Assembly (NCBI GenBank): GCA_027622665.1
Contig: JAQBYT010000001.1
Span: forward strand, 224,001 to 288,000
From: Verrucomicrobiota bacterium
GTDB lineage: Bacteria; Verrucomicrobiota; Verrucomicrobiia; Opitutales; Seribacteraceae
Reading direction: 5' to 3'
DNA: 64,000 nucleotides
The translations under genes and the position numbers were made by a program. The notes below the pieces were generated by a model. That model searched no databases and was not told the DNA's origin. It worked only from the letters and a program-made list of their open reading frames with translations. Every line of letters starts with the position of its first letter. Position 1 is the first letter of the stretch. Shown here in pieces: positions 1 to 10,531 of this stretch.

Positions 1-3000
1 TCTGAAGAATGCAAACCGATGCTAGGCTCTTCTAAGATGTAGAGGTTTCCTGCATGCAGAGTATTTTGATTGAGATTTTTTCGAGTGAGAATTCCTTTAG
101 ACATTTCACTTACAAGTTTGACGCGCTGCGCTTCACCCCCGGAAAGGGTTGGTGAACTCTGCCCCAATGACAAGTATCCCAATCCTGTTTCTACCATTAG
201 GCTCATCATTGCCTTAAGCTTAATGTCAAAAGAGAAAAAATCCAAAGCTTCAACAAAAGAAAACTGAAGGATTTCCGCTATGTTTTTACCCTTCCAACGC
301 AAATCAAACATATCGGGCGAATATCGGAGGCCTCTACAGTCTTCACAGAGAATATATGCATCCGGCAAAAAATTCATCTCGAGTTTTATCCTTCCTGCAC
401 CTTTACAGGTTTCGCAACGCCCCCCCTTAACGTTAAAGGAAAAAGCTTTTGGCCCGAGACCCCTAACCTTTGCCTCGGGAAGGGAGGACAACAGCAAGCG
501 GATACGATCCCAAGCCCCGATGTATGTTGCCGGTGAAGAACGAGGGGTCTTGCCAATTGGGCTTTGGTCAACTTCTATTACCTTAGCAAATCTATTTCCA
601 TTGAGAAACTTACGGAAGGGTACTTTACCAAAAGACCCCTGAGGGAAAATTCCTTCTTCGATCAACATTCGACCCGTTAAAACAGGTTCTCGATTTTTGA
701 CAGCCTGAACAACTGCTGGCCTAATCAAACCGCGAGCAAGAGACGATTTGCCCGCTCCCGAAACTCCGCATAAGGCAATAAGTCGATTAACGGGAAGCCA
801 AACATCTACATTTTTAATATTTCGAATATTTGCCCCTAAAACCCCGAACCAGTCTAGTGAAATTTTGCGTGAACTAGAATTTGGTTTATCTCGTGGCATT
901 TCGCGAGATGGCCGATCCAGTGATTGCGATAAGCCTTCCTTGAGAAATTTTGCTGTAAAAGATTTCTTTGAATTCAAAACTTCTTCAGGTTTTCCACTTG
1001 CGAGTAACCAGCCCCCGGATTCTCCAGCCCCAGGTCCTAGATCTATAATATGTTCGGCTCTACGCATTGTCTCTTCATCATGTTCGACAACAAGAAGAGT
1101 ATTACCTTTGGCCTTAAGAATTTCCAAAGAGTCAAGGAGACGATTATTATCCTTGGCGTGAAGCCCAATTGAAGGTTCATCCAGAACATAGAGAACCCCG
1201 GAGAGGTTTGAACCGAGTTGAGATGCAAGTCTAATACGCTGAGCTTCACCACCCGATAGAGTTGTTGCCGCTCGATCTAAGCTCAGGTAACCAAGTCCTA
1301 CTGAATCCATAAATGTAAGGCGTTCGCGAATCTCAGGTATAATCATTTCCGCGACCGCCTTACTTCTCTCATCTAGTTGAAGCCTATTCAGGATTCTTAA
1401 AAGTTTAGGTGGAGTAAGACGAAGTAGGTCAGGTAGATTTATAGGCAAAGAATCAGCAAGAGGAATGAAAACGGATCGAGAAAGTTCAGCTATTCGGTCG
1501 CCGTTACAGGAGACACAAACATCTCCATCGTAAAGTTTTCCAAAACCGGAAACGACAGAAAGCTCACTCCCTAATCGATCATCGATTCGTCCATAACCAC
1601 GACAAACCGGACACCATCCGCGTGGGGAGTTCCAGGAAAATAACTTAGGTTCGAGTGGAGGAAATGCTTCACCGGTGTTCAGGTCTACGCGAGCAGTGGA
1701 AAGCCAAACAACCTGACTTAAATTGCTGCAAAAAAGATATGTACTTCCCTTACCGACCGAAAGGGCTTCCTCTAAAGAACTTCTAAGAAAATTAGTGTCG
1801 CTTACAGTAATTTGCCTCACGACTAAGTCAACATCATGCTCAGTATAACGACTAAGCCCTTCAAATCCTTCAGTTGAAACCATTGCCCCATTGCAACGGA
1901 GAAATTCGTAACCTTTTGATGCGGCCCATGTAGCCAAGGGCCTGTGGTGACCCTTGCGACCACGAACAAGAGGTGAGCAAAGATAAAGATGATTTTTATA
2001 TTTATTCTTTTTTAAATTTCTTCGAGTCAAGGAAGCCAGGCGTTTCAATAGAACTTCAAGAGAGGAACTCTCGACAGGCGCTCCAGTTGAGGGACTATGC
2101 TGAATGCCGATTCTGGCGAAAAGCAGTCTGAGGTAATGAGCAACTTCCGTAATGGTTCCCACTGTCGATTTTCCGGTTCCTCTAGTAACGCGTTGTTCGA
2201 TTGCTACCGTAGGAGGAAGGCTGGAAACTGCATCTACAGCAGGACGCGGTAATTGCTCCACAAATTGTCGCGCATAGGAAGACATTGATTCGAGAAATCG
2301 CCGTTGCCCTTCTGCAAATACAATATCGAAAGCCAAGGAAGATTTACCCGACCCCGAAGGTCCGGTTACGACCGTAAACGCATTTAGGGGAATGTTTAGT
2401 GAAAGATTCTTTAAGTTGTTTTCCCTAGCCCCATCGATCCTGACGGAATCCAATGAGACATTAGACTGATATCGTGATTGGTCTTCGGCAAAACAATACA
2501 TTGGGTGTGTTTTTGAAATGGAATTTCCATTAAAGTAATCGGCCAAAACGGCACCTGTCGAAGTACTCAGTTTCGCGACTTTCCTTGGTGCACCTTGGGC
2601 GATAACCTTACCTCCATCACCGCCTGCTCCCGGTCCAAGTTCAATGACTTGATCTGCATTTGCGATGACGTCCAACTGATGCTCTATCACTATCAAACTA
2701 TGACCGTTTCCAGTGAGTCTTTTGATGACCTTCAGGAGACACGCCACATCATCTCGATGAAGCCCGGTGGTAGGCTCATCAACCAAAAGGAGGGAGGGTT
2801 TGTCTCCAATTCCTATTTTAGTAATGTACTTGGCCAATTTCAGGCGTTGAGATTCTCCTCCCGAAAGCGTGGAGAGAGGTTGACCAAGCGACAAGTAACC
2901 AAGACCAACTTCTGCAACCGTATTAAGATTTCGAGCAGCACGGGGAATTCGAGAAAATTGCTCGATTGCCTCTGTAACCGAAAGGCTCAAAACCTCAGTC

Positions 3001-5324
3001 ACATCAAGACCATCTAACCGAATCGACAGAATTTCATCTTTAAAGCGCCGCCCATCACAAGCAGTACAAGGAGTAAAAACATCTGCGAGAAATTGCATTT
3101 CAATTCGTTCATAACCAAGGCCTTCGCATTCCTCGCATCGACCTTCTTTTGAATTGAAGGAAAAGTGGGAGGCGGAAAGACCCGCCCGACGGGCGTCGTC
3201 AGTACGAGCAAAGGCGGAGCGAATGGGATTCCACGCATCCGCGAAAAGAGCAGGGTTCGATCGAGGTGTCTTGCCGATGGGCGTTTGATCGATCGTTACT
3301 ATTTCGGCAAAATCGACATCGGCACAGATATGGGCGATTATGGGCGGATTCTCCATAGGGCTACCCAAAGGAGCAAGCAGACCTTCCCTAATAATGTTAT
3401 GAAGGAGAGTTGACTTTCCCGAACCCGACACGCCCGCAAGAACAACAAAGCAACCTATTGGAATGTCTAAATCTAGTTTGCAAATGTTATTACTAGATGC
3501 GCCTCGGATTCGGAGAAATGGTTGTTGCTTTAGAATTTTCTTGTTACGAACGGATTGCAGGAGATCAATAGATTTTCGCCCCGAAAGGTAAGCCCCTGTG
3601 ATGGATTTCTTGTCATCCACCAGTTTTGCCACAGAACCGCAGAAAGTAATTCGCCCGCCTTTGGCTCCCGGAGAAGGCCCGATTTCAATGATTTGATCAG
3701 CAGCTCGAATTATTCGCTCGTCATGTTCGACAACGCAGACCGCATTCCCTTGGTCGGCAAGCTCTCTAAGAATTCCTATTAATCGGTCAACATCCTTTGC
3801 ATGCAAACCGATTGATGGTTCATCTAGAGCAAAGAGGGTCTCCGTGAGGGAAGCGCCAAGACAGGCTGTTAAGTTGACTCGTTGCATTTCACCTCCGCTC
3901 AAGGTCTTGGACGCACGGTCTAAAGATAAATAATGAAGACCGACCTGTTCAAGATATCCAAGGCGGGCGCGAATTCCTTCGAGAGCAAGGTCGGCACGAT
4001 GGTTTCCGCCGGACTTGGCGTACCGCTGGAGGTCTGCGTCAAGTTTCGCAATAGACATGGCGTAAAGGTCGGGTAGCGTTTTGCCCCGCCAGCGCCAGAG
4101 AAGAGATTCCGCACTGAGGCGAGTACCTTCGCAGTCCGGACAAGAAACATAACTCCTGTACTTTGACAGAAAAACGCGCACATGCATCTTGTAGGTTTTT
4201 GACTCGAGCCAACGGAAAAATCTCCGGAGGCCATACCACATCCGAGCATCTTCAACATAGTCATTCTCGCCATCGAGGATGAAAGCTTTCTCGCTCTTCG
4301 AAAGGAAGGACCAAGGCGTTTCGAGAGGGACACCGCATTTGCGAGCAACCCGAATAAGATCTTGCTGTGACCGACCGTAAACCTCGCCTCGAAATGCACG
4401 AATGGCACCCTCAACTATAGACAGTGAATGGTCCGGAATAACTCGGCGATAATCGATTTCGATGATTCGGCCAAACCCTTTGCATCGATGACAGGCGCCC
4501 AACGGAGAATTAAATGAAAAAACCGAAGGAGAAGGCGGTGCAAAAGAAGCCCCATTAACCGGGGACCTAAGACCTTCAAATCGAGAACACAAAGGTTTTC
4601 CTTTGTCGTTAAAGAGAACGAATTCACCGTTACCCAGTTTCAAGGCGGTGGATACGGCATCTGCAATCCGTTTGCGGTTGTCAGGAAGAATCGTAATTTT
4701 CTCTAACCCTACAAGTAACTCGCCTGCCGACCAGTTCGCATTCAACAACTCCTCAATACGGCAGAAGGAATTCTCTTCGGATGCTCGAACATGGCCTGCC
4801 TTAATCAGACTACCTAGAAATTCTTTTACAGGAAAATCGTCGGGGCGAAGGGAACGGAAGCCAAATACTAAACTTTTTCCAGCAAACTCTTTTAAGACCC
4901 CTTGGGCCAAGGAAGTGGAAGTTTCTTCTCGTAAGAGTTTGCCTGAAGAAGGATCAAGGAGTTTAGCAACAGTTGAAAACCATACCTTAAAGTAGTCACA
5001 CAATTCGGTCATCGTTCCTACTGTGGAGCGAGAGTTTCGAACGGAATTGCGCTGTTCAACGACAATGGATGGGCGAATGTTTTCTACTGCGTCTACCTTC
5101 GGTCGTGGCATCGTTTCCAGAAATTGACGCACATAAGGATTAAAGGTCTCGACATAGCGACGTTGACCTTCCGCATGCAAAACCTCGAACAGTAAGGAGG
5201 ATTTACCAGCTCCACTGAGCCCAGTGATTACGGTTAACTGGCCAGGCATCAACTCGAGATTAACGCCTTTTAAATTGTTTTGGCGTGCCCCACGGACACG
5301 AATTGGCTTAGTATGTCGCTTCAC
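1..5324 (-). CDS. uvrA: Excinuclease ABC subunit A, tandem-duplicated (double-length) form; 3' end runs off the window
   Basis: Manual translation from GTG at 5324: MKRHTKPIRVRGARQNNLKGVNLELMPGQLTVITGLSGAGKSSLLFEVLHAEGQRRYVETF. A second UvrA module starts in the same frame near 2450 (SVRIDGARENNLKNLSLNIP...GPSGSGKSSLAFD..FAEGQRRF). Four Walker-B/H-loop segments are present. Absent from the ORF track, consistent with no in-window stop. Confidence 0.95.
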   Translation of the reverse strand, partial: MKRHTKPIRVRGARQNNLKGVNLELMPGQLTVITGLSGAGKSSLLFEVLHAEGQRRYVETFNPYVRQFLETMPRPKVDAVENIRPSIVVEQRNSVRNSRSTVGTMTELCDYFKVWFSTVAKLLDPSSGKLLREETSTSLAQGVLKEFAGKSLVFGFRSLRPDDFPVKEFLGSLIKAGHVRASEENSFCRIEELLNANWSAGELLVGLEKITILPDNRKRIADAVSTALKLGNGEFVLFNDKGKPLCSRFEGLRSPVNGASFAPPSPSVFSFNSPLGACHRCKGFGRIIEIDYRRVIPDHSLSIVEGAIRAFRGEVYGRSQQDLIRVARKCGVPLETPWSFLSKSEKAFILDGENDYVEDARMWYGLRRFFRWLESKTYKMHVRVFLSKYRSYVSCPDCEGTRLSAESLLWRWRGKTLPDLYAMSIAKLDADLQRYAKSGGNHRADLALEGIRARLGYLEQVGLHYLSLDRASKTLSGGEMQRVNLTACLGASLTETLFALDEPSIGLHAKDVDRLIGILRELADQGNAVCVVEHDERIIRAADQIIEIGPSPGAKGGRITFCGSVAKLVDDKKSITGAYLSGRKSIDLLQSVRNKKILKQQPFLRIRGASSNNICKLDLDIPIGCFVVLAGVSGSGKSTLLHNIIREGLLAPLGSPMENPPIIAHICADVDFAEIVTIDQTPIGKTPRSNPALFADAWNPIRSAFARTDDARRAGLSASHFSFNSKEGRCEECEGLGYERIEMQFLADVFTPCTACDGRRFKDEILSIRLDGLDVTEVLSLSVTEAIEQFSRIPRAARNLNTVAEVGLGYLSLGQPLSTLSGGESQRLKLAKYITKIGIGDKPSLLLVDEPTTGLHRDDVACLLKVIKRLTGNGHSLIVIEHQLDVIANADQVIELGPGAGGDGGKVIAQGAPRKVAKLSTSTGAVLADYFNGNSISKTHPMYCFAEDQSRYQSNVSLDSVRIDGARENNLKNLSLNIPLNAFTVVTGPSGSGKSSLAFDIVFAEGQRRFLESMSSYARQFVEQLPRPAVDAVSSLPPTVAIEQRVTRGTGKSTVGTITEVAHYLRLLFARIGIQHSPSTGAPVESSSLEVLLKRLASLTRRNLKKNKYKNHLYLCSPLVRGRKGHHRPLATWAASKGYEFLRCNGAMVSTEGFEGLSRYTEHDVDLVVRQITVSDTNFLRSSLEEALSVGKGSTYLFCSNLSQVVWLSTARVDLNTGEAFPPLEPKLFSWNSPRGWCPVCRGYGRIDDRLGSELSVVSGFGKLYDGDVCVSCNGDRIAELSRSVFIPLADSLPINLPDLLRLTPPKLLRILNRLQLDERSKAVAEMIIPEIRERLTFMDSVGLGYLSLDRAATTLSGGEAQRIRLASQLGSNLSGVLYVLDEPSIGLHAKDNNRLLDSLEILKAKGNTLLVVEHDEETMRRAEHIIDLGPGAGESGGWLLASGKPEEVLNSKKSFTAKFLKEGLSQSLDRPSREMPRDKPNSSSRKISLDWFGVLGANIRNIKNVDVWLPVNRLIALCGVSGAGKSSLARGLIRPAVVQAVKNREPVLTGRMLIEEGIFPQGSFGKVPFRKFLNGNRFAKVIEVDQSPIGKTPRSSPATYIGAWDRIRLLLSSLPEAKVRGLGPKAFSFNVKGGRCETCKGAGRIKLEMNFLPDAYILCEDCRGLRYSPDMFDLRWKGKNIAEILQFSFVEALDFFSFDIKLKAMMSLMVETGLGYLSLGQSSPTLSGGEAQRVKLVSEMSKGILTRKNLNQNTLHAGNLYILEEPSIGLHSS

Positions 5325-5406
5325 AAAGAAAATGCTCCCAAGCTACCTTTAATTAACGGTAAGCCAAACCGTGCCAAGAGGTAATCCGGATGAAACTTGG
5401 AGAGAA

Positions 5407-5483
<77 letters not shown>

Positions 5484-6004
5484 TAAGTCTAAGAGGAGGG
5501 CATACTGGGGATTTCATTTGCTACGGCAAGACGAAACATTTTTGTCAGACTAAAAATGATCCGATTGACAGTCAAATTGCAGGGTGGATTCAAATTCGAA
5601 TCACAAGAGAGTAATGTGACGATGGATTAGGTGATTGCGTGCTCCCCCTTGCCAACGCAAGAGGCTCTCTTGTGATGAAACTACAAGCACGACCACCTAA
5701 CTCGTAAAAAACGATTCAGTCTACAGTAGCTGGATCTCCGCGTCTCATGCTCAAAGTGCGATGGCATCTTGTTTAAGGTACAGCGAGAGCACACTCAACA
5801 GGAGGTTCGGCAAGAAAAACGATGGCGAGATTATACGTTTAAAACAGGCCTAGGAGATCGCAAATTAGCATCTTTTGGTGAGTCGTAAACGAATGAAGCC
5901 CTGTGATTCGGGAGCACGTTGTTCTGGGTGGAGAACCAGCGACTGAAGCCATGATCTGTTCGGTTGCGATTACCTAGTCATAAGGCTGGGAGAGGCACAA
6001 CTGG

Positions 6005-7249
6005 TCACTTGCCCCAGCACCATAAGTGTTCGTAGGTGCGAAGAAATACTTGTCCGTTGGAAAATGCGGCGGAACCTCGGGTCATTTCATTTACGGGATT
6101 TGTGGTCAGGACTTCAATGTCGGGATTGGCTGAAAGGATAAGGGTTTGGCCCGCTTGGTTGGTCACGTAGAGCTTTCCGCCAACATGGGTGACCGAACCC
6201 CAGTTGCCGCCTTTGCCCACGCGGGCTTGCTTCACGATTTTGCCTGTGGCGACGTCTATGCATTGGAGGATACCCGGCTCGGTCAGGATATAGTAATGGC
6301 CTTCGACCACTGCCCCCGTGCCGATTCGTTGCAGGTTTCGCTTCGTGGTAACCCAGAGTCGTTGAGACGTGATGTCACCAGAGGCGTCCTTGCCTGCCTT
6401 TACGGCGAGGGCAGGACCACCGTAACCCGAAGTAGCCAAGACGAAGTCGCCCGCACTTGCGGCGTTGCTGTAGACGAGGTCGCCGAGACCATCGCACCAC
6501 CAAAGAGGTTTTCCCGTCTTGGGATCGAAGGCGAATAGGCGCTCGGGAAGGCCCATGAGCAATTCGTCGCGACCATGATTATTCCGCAAGACGGGCGTAC
6601 TCCAACTACCGAACCAGTGCTTCTCGTCTTTGCCTTGAGATTTGGGCAGGTCACGTTTCCAGACGGTTTCTCCCGTGGCGGCATCGAGTGCCAGTATGAA
6701 TACCAAGGGACCAGGACCTCGGTACTGGATGAAGGTCTGGCCATAGGGCACGGGACTGGAGGCTGTGCCCCAGAGGTGACGTTGTTGGCCGAGATCCTTG
6801 CCTCGCCAGACTTCCTTTCCTTCGAGGTCGTAGGCGATCATGCCTGCCGACCCGAGGGTGACTACGACCACCTTGCCGTTCGTGGCGGGAGAAGCGGAAC
6901 AGAAAGGGTTCGTCTTGTGTGTGGGTTCTTTATCGGGGAATAAAGTTGCTCGCTCCCAGAGTTTGTCCCCCGTTTGGCGGTCGAAGCAGAGCAAGCTGCG
7001 TTTTGTCCCGCCTTCGGTGGCCTGCGTCACGAAGACCTTTCCCTTGGCCACGATTGGCGAGGAGTTGCCTGGTCCCGGCAGCTTTACCTGCCATGCTACA
7101 TTCTCTGTTCTCGACCAATGCTCGGGGATATTCTTCTCATTACTCAGGCCGTTGCCGTTGGCTCCACGCCAAGTTGGCCAGTCATCCGCTTGTAAAAAAG
7201 TGTTCGCGGCAATCAGTAACGGGAAAAGGAACTGGCTCGGTGTGTTCAC
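6005..7249 (-). CDS. Secreted PQQ-like/BamB-like beta-propeller protein
   Basis: Signal peptide followed by DDWPTWRG, GPGNSSP and repeated (A)xDxxTGxxxW propeller motifs typical of PVC PQQ_2 proteins. Confidence 0.88.
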   Translation of the reverse strand: MNTPSQFLFPLLIAANTFLQADDWPTWRGANGNGLSNEKNIPEHWSRTENVAWQVKLPGPGNSSPIVAKGKVFVTQATEGGTKRSLLCFDRQTGDKLWERATLFPDKEPTHKTNPFCSASPATNGKVVVVTLGSAGMIAYDLEGKEVWRGKDLGQQRHLWGTASSPVPYGQTFIQYRGPGPLVFILALDAATGETVWKRDLPKSQGKDEKHWFGSWSTPVLRNNHGRDELLMGLPERLFAFDPKTGKPLWWCDGLGDLVYSNAASAGDFVLATSGYGGPALAVKAGKDASGDITSQRLWVTTKRNLQRIGTGAVVEGHYYILTEPGILQCIDVATGKIVKQARVGKGGNWGSVTHVGGKLYVTNQAGQTLILSANPDIEVLTTNPVNEMTRGSAAFSNGQVFLRTYEHLWCWGK

Positions 7250-7267
7250 GGTACCGTGCAGGCAAGA

Positions 7268-7855
7268 TTACTTGAGGGTCAACTTTACCACTTTTCCCTC
7301 GACGGGAGGGTTGCAGGAAGTTTTCGTACAGGCCATGTAGGTGATCTTGGTCGTGACCTCTACCAGGGCGTTGGCATCCGGTTTCATGGTGAAGGGTAAG
7401 CTAAGTGTTACGGGTCCGTCGGGGTATACGGGAAAGCCTGCTGCGTTCAGCGGACTCGCCAAATTGTGAATTTTCTTGTCGGCCGTAAGTTTGCCAACAT
7501 CGGAGATCGCCGCGTGCTTAGACAATTCGAGAAGGGTAGGGCGACCGATTCCATCGATTCCATCGGCGGGCAAATCCTTGGAGTAGACGTGATAACCAAT
7601 TTCCAGAGGGGAAAAGGTTGCCCGAAGCCAATGTTTGCCGTTTTCCCCCTTCGCCAAGAAAAAAGTTACCTTCACACCGCTATCCTCAACTTCGCTGAGA
7701 ATCGTCCCCATCGAAACGGGAGCAAGGGCGGTGATCGATGCGGATGTGGAATTGTCTCCACTAGGATCCGATCCCGAAGGTTCGGAGTTGCCGCCACAAC
7801 CCTGAAAGGCAAATGCGTTGGCGAGAGTGAGAATAGCTAATGGAACAACTTTCAT
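7268..7855 (-). CDS. Putative lipoprotein with DsbD N-terminal-like (DsbC/DsbD_N) domain
   Basis: Lipobox-like FQGC after a hydrophobic leader; GYHVYS and YMACTKTSCNPP (C-x4-C) motifs resemble the DsbD alpha domain. Confidence 0.65.
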   Translation of the reverse strand: MKVVPLAILTLANAFAFQGCGGNSEPSGSDPSGDNSTSASITALAPVSMGTILSEVEDSGVKVTFFLAKGENGKHWLRATFSPLEIGYHVYSKDLPADGIDGIGRPTLLELSKHAAISDVGKLTADKKIHNLASPLNAAGFPVYPDGPVTLSLPFTMKPDANALVEVTTKITYMACTKTSCNPPVEGKVVKLTLK

Positions 7856-7980
7856 GGCTTTACTTTCTCAAGAGAGGGCCAGCATCTCAACCTCTTTCTT
7901 CACTGTCCTGTAACGATAATACTTGTCGGAAGTATATTTTCCCGTTGCTCCACCTAGTTTCGTTGAATTTAATTCGGTCC

Positions 7981-9372
7981 ATGATCGAGCTTCGAGGAAG
8001 CCCTAGCCAGGCCTGTTGCGACGGCCTTACTCGCCGGGCTATGCTGCGTATCGGCGGATTGGCCCCGTTCGGGTTGAGCCTTCCCTCCCTGCTTGCGTCA
8101 AAGAAAACGGGGCAATCGTCGCGTACTTTCGGCAAGGCCAAGCGCTGCCTGCTTCTGTACATGTGGGGTGGACCCAGCCACATCGACCTCTTCGACATGA
8201 AGCCCGACGCCCCCTCCGAGTTGCGAGGTCCATTCAATCCCGTCCGCACCCAGACTCCCGGTATACGTATTTCCGAACTTATGCCTAAGCTCGGCGGCGT
8301 GACCGACAAAATCGGATTCATCCGCTCGGTGACGCATACCGAGAACAATCACTCCACTGGCGCCCATTGGATGCTGACCGGCTACAAGCATCCCGAATCG
8401 CGTGAAAATTTCGGGGCCAGGCCATCAGACTATCCTCATGTCGGTTCCATTCTCAGCAAGTTTTCTCCTACTACCAATGGGTTGCCCACTTTCGTGGCTC
8501 TTCCCGAAGTAATCGGCACCACCGCCGGATTCGTTACACCGGGGCAGAACGCAGGCTTTCTTGGCCGCCGTTACGATCCCTTTGTCCTTAATCAACACCC
8601 CGACGAACCTGATTTCCAAGTGCCCAACATGTCTCCCGTTGAAGGGCTTGATCGCACTCGCCTTCGTAATCGGGTAAAACTGACCGAGCAATTTGATGAC
8701 CTGCGCCGAACTCTGATTTCCACATTGGACGTATCCGACCTCAACGCCGTCAACCAGTTGGCATACGACCTTCTCACCTCCCCCAAGGTAGCCGATGCTT
8801 TCGATCTTGCTGACGAGGGCGAGGCTGAACGCGAACGATATGGCATGCGTACTTTTGGTCAAAGCGTTTTGCTTGCCCGCCGCCTTCTCGAGTCAGGGGT
8901 TAAGCTGGTTACCGTCTATTGGCACCGCGACAAACCAGGCGTCGATACCACCTGGGATACGCACAAGGAAAACTTCAAGGGCCTGAAGGACCGTCTAGTT
9001 CCACAAGTTGACCAGCCCATTGCCCATCTTCTCAATGATCTTGAAGAGCGCGGCATGCTAGAGGATACCCTAGTTGTTTGGAACAGCGAGTTCGGTCGGA
9101 CGCCCAAGGTAAATAAAAACGCGGGTCGCGACCATTGGGGGCGCTGCAACACTATATGGATGGCCGGGGCGGGAGTGCCCGGCGGCCAAATGTACGGAAA
9201 GTCGGACAAAATCGCTTCCGAACCCGTCGAGGACCCCGTGTCACCCTCTGACGTCACTGCCACTATCTACCACCTACTAGGACTAGACCCACACTCCCAT
9301 TTTCACGATTCCCTCGGTCGCCCCTTCCCACTTTCCGAAGGCCAAGTCCTTAAGAAGTTTTTAGGGGCATGA
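7981..9372 (+). CDS. DUF1501 domain-containing protein
   Basis: TRR..LRIG leader, GGPSHIDLFDMKPDAP, WDTH, EFGRTPK, GRDHW motifs; start moved to ATG 7981. Confidence 0.93.
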   Translation: MIELRGSPSQACCDGLTRRAMLRIGGLAPFGLSLPSLLASKKTGQSSRTFGKAKRCLLLYMWGGPSHIDLFDMKPDAPSELRGPFNPVRTQTPGIRISELMPKLGGVTDKIGFIRSVTHTENNHSTGAHWMLTGYKHPESRENFGARPSDYPHVGSILSKFSPTTNGLPTFVALPEVIGTTAGFVTPGQNAGFLGRRYDPFVLNQHPDEPDFQVPNMSPVEGLDRTRLRNRVKLTEQFDDLRRTLISTLDVSDLNAVNQLAYDLLTSPKVADAFDLADEGEAERERYGMRTFGQSVLLARRLLESGVKLVTVYWHRDKPGVDTTWDTHKENFKGLKDRLVPQVDQPIAHLLNDLEERGMLEDTLVVWNSEFGRTPKVNKNAGRDHWGRCNTIWMAGAGVPGGQMYGKSDKIASEPVEDPVSPSDVTATIYHLLGLDPHSHFHDSLGRPFPLSEGQVLKKFLGA

Positions 9373-9447
9373 CAGAATCGTTCTTCTCTTAGCGTCCACC
9401 TCTCAATCGAAAGATCGAAGAGAGGACTGATTCATGTCTACCGAAAA

Positions 9448-9870
9448 TCATTTCAGCTTGGTGAACCGGGATTTAGCCCAATCGTCGATTTTTAAACCCA
9501 GGTACGCAAAGGTCATTTGGTGAAGAGGTTCATCTCGTTCTTGTTGAAGGGCTATTTGAATGAAAACATCTTGCAGGCGTCTTTGAATCTGAAGTTTTCG
9601 ATCCAGTACCGCTAGTTTGGCTTCCATTTCACTAAGTGTAACGGACTCGGACTGGACTTTTTTCATCGCGGTAGCGAACCCATGTTTTTGAACCTCCAGT
9701 TGATGGTACTTGTTGCTTCAGATCCTCTATCACAGCTTTGACCCCAAGTTGCAGAATCCTTTCGACATCTTGTATTTTCCGTGCGTTCTCGATCATCTTT
9801 GGATGATTCGAAAGGTGATTTTGCTCATAAAGCTTATGTGTTTGTTCCAGATCGAAAAGTCTGGGGAAAT
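9448..9870 (-). pseudogene. Frameshifted, 5'-truncated remnant of a coiled-coil protein, possibly GumC/Wzc-like
   Basis: FPRLFDLEQTHKLYEQNHLSNHPKMIENARKIQDVERILQLGVKAVIEDLK joins YHQLEVQKHGFATAMKKVQSESVTLSEMEAKLAVLDRKLQ in another frame near 9710. Confidence 0.4.
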
Positions 9871-10078
9871 ACTACGATGTGTGACGAAGACCATACAAAG
9901 TCACCCTCAAGCATGTAATATTATTAGCATAATTCCGGCACCCCCCCCTTTCGAAGGGGGAAACCATGTAGCGACTCTGGCCGCGGCCTAAGAGAGCTTC
10001 TATTCACTCTCCTTTGCCAAGAAAACGAAAATCGAATCGGTGCCGGTCCGAATTCTTAGCTCGCTAACTGTCGTTATC

Positions 10079-10531
10079 CTATTTCCCGAGTACTTTTTTT
10101 ATCCTATCTATTTGCAGTCCGTACTTTGGGTTGGGTTTCCCTCTCATGTAAAAATATGGATCGTTGTACAAATCCTCGTATTTTTCTAATTCTTTTAGTA
10201 AAAGTTTTTTCTTTTGTACCTCCGCAGGGTTTTCCGACCGATCTGTCTTCGCTTGTTCATCTCCAGAACTTTTCGATAATGATTGTAGGATATCTTGCGC
10301 GGATTCCTTTGTGATCTCCGATATCCATTCATCCGACCATCTGTTCCATCTAGCAAAATCGAGCAATTCTAGTCCAGATTGGAATCCGCGACAGGAATAA
10401 GCAAATGTTTCCAATGCCTGCTCAGGCGTAGCAGCCATGAAATATCTCACCATTGGAGTTACGTTGGAATCCATGCGAAATCGCATTCGAAATTGAGCTT
10501 GTTCGGGCTCCGAATAGATTTTCTTTTTCAC
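10079..10531 (-). CDS. Hypothetical protein, paralog 1 of a tandem pair
   Basis: GTG start at 10531 aligns with the ATG of the 11134-11601 paralog; about half of the residues are identical. Confidence 0.85.
   Translation of the reverse strand: MKKKIYSEPEQAQFRMRFRMDSNVTPMVRYFMAATPEQALETFAYSCRGFQSGLELLDFARWNRWSDEWISEITKESAQDILQSLSKSSGDEQAKTDRSENPAEVQKKKLLLKELEKYEDLYNDPYFYMRGKPNPKYGLQIDRIKKVLGK

Noticed and set aside
70..4995. Many short ORF-track entries in the first 5 kb
   Set aside because: Shadow ORFs on other frames or the antisense strand of uvrA, which the track misses because it lacks an in-window stop.
9941..9960. CCCCC-TTTCGAA-GGGGG hairpin
   Set aside because: Single occurrence with no clear U-tract; cannot be called a terminator or repeat element from this window alone.
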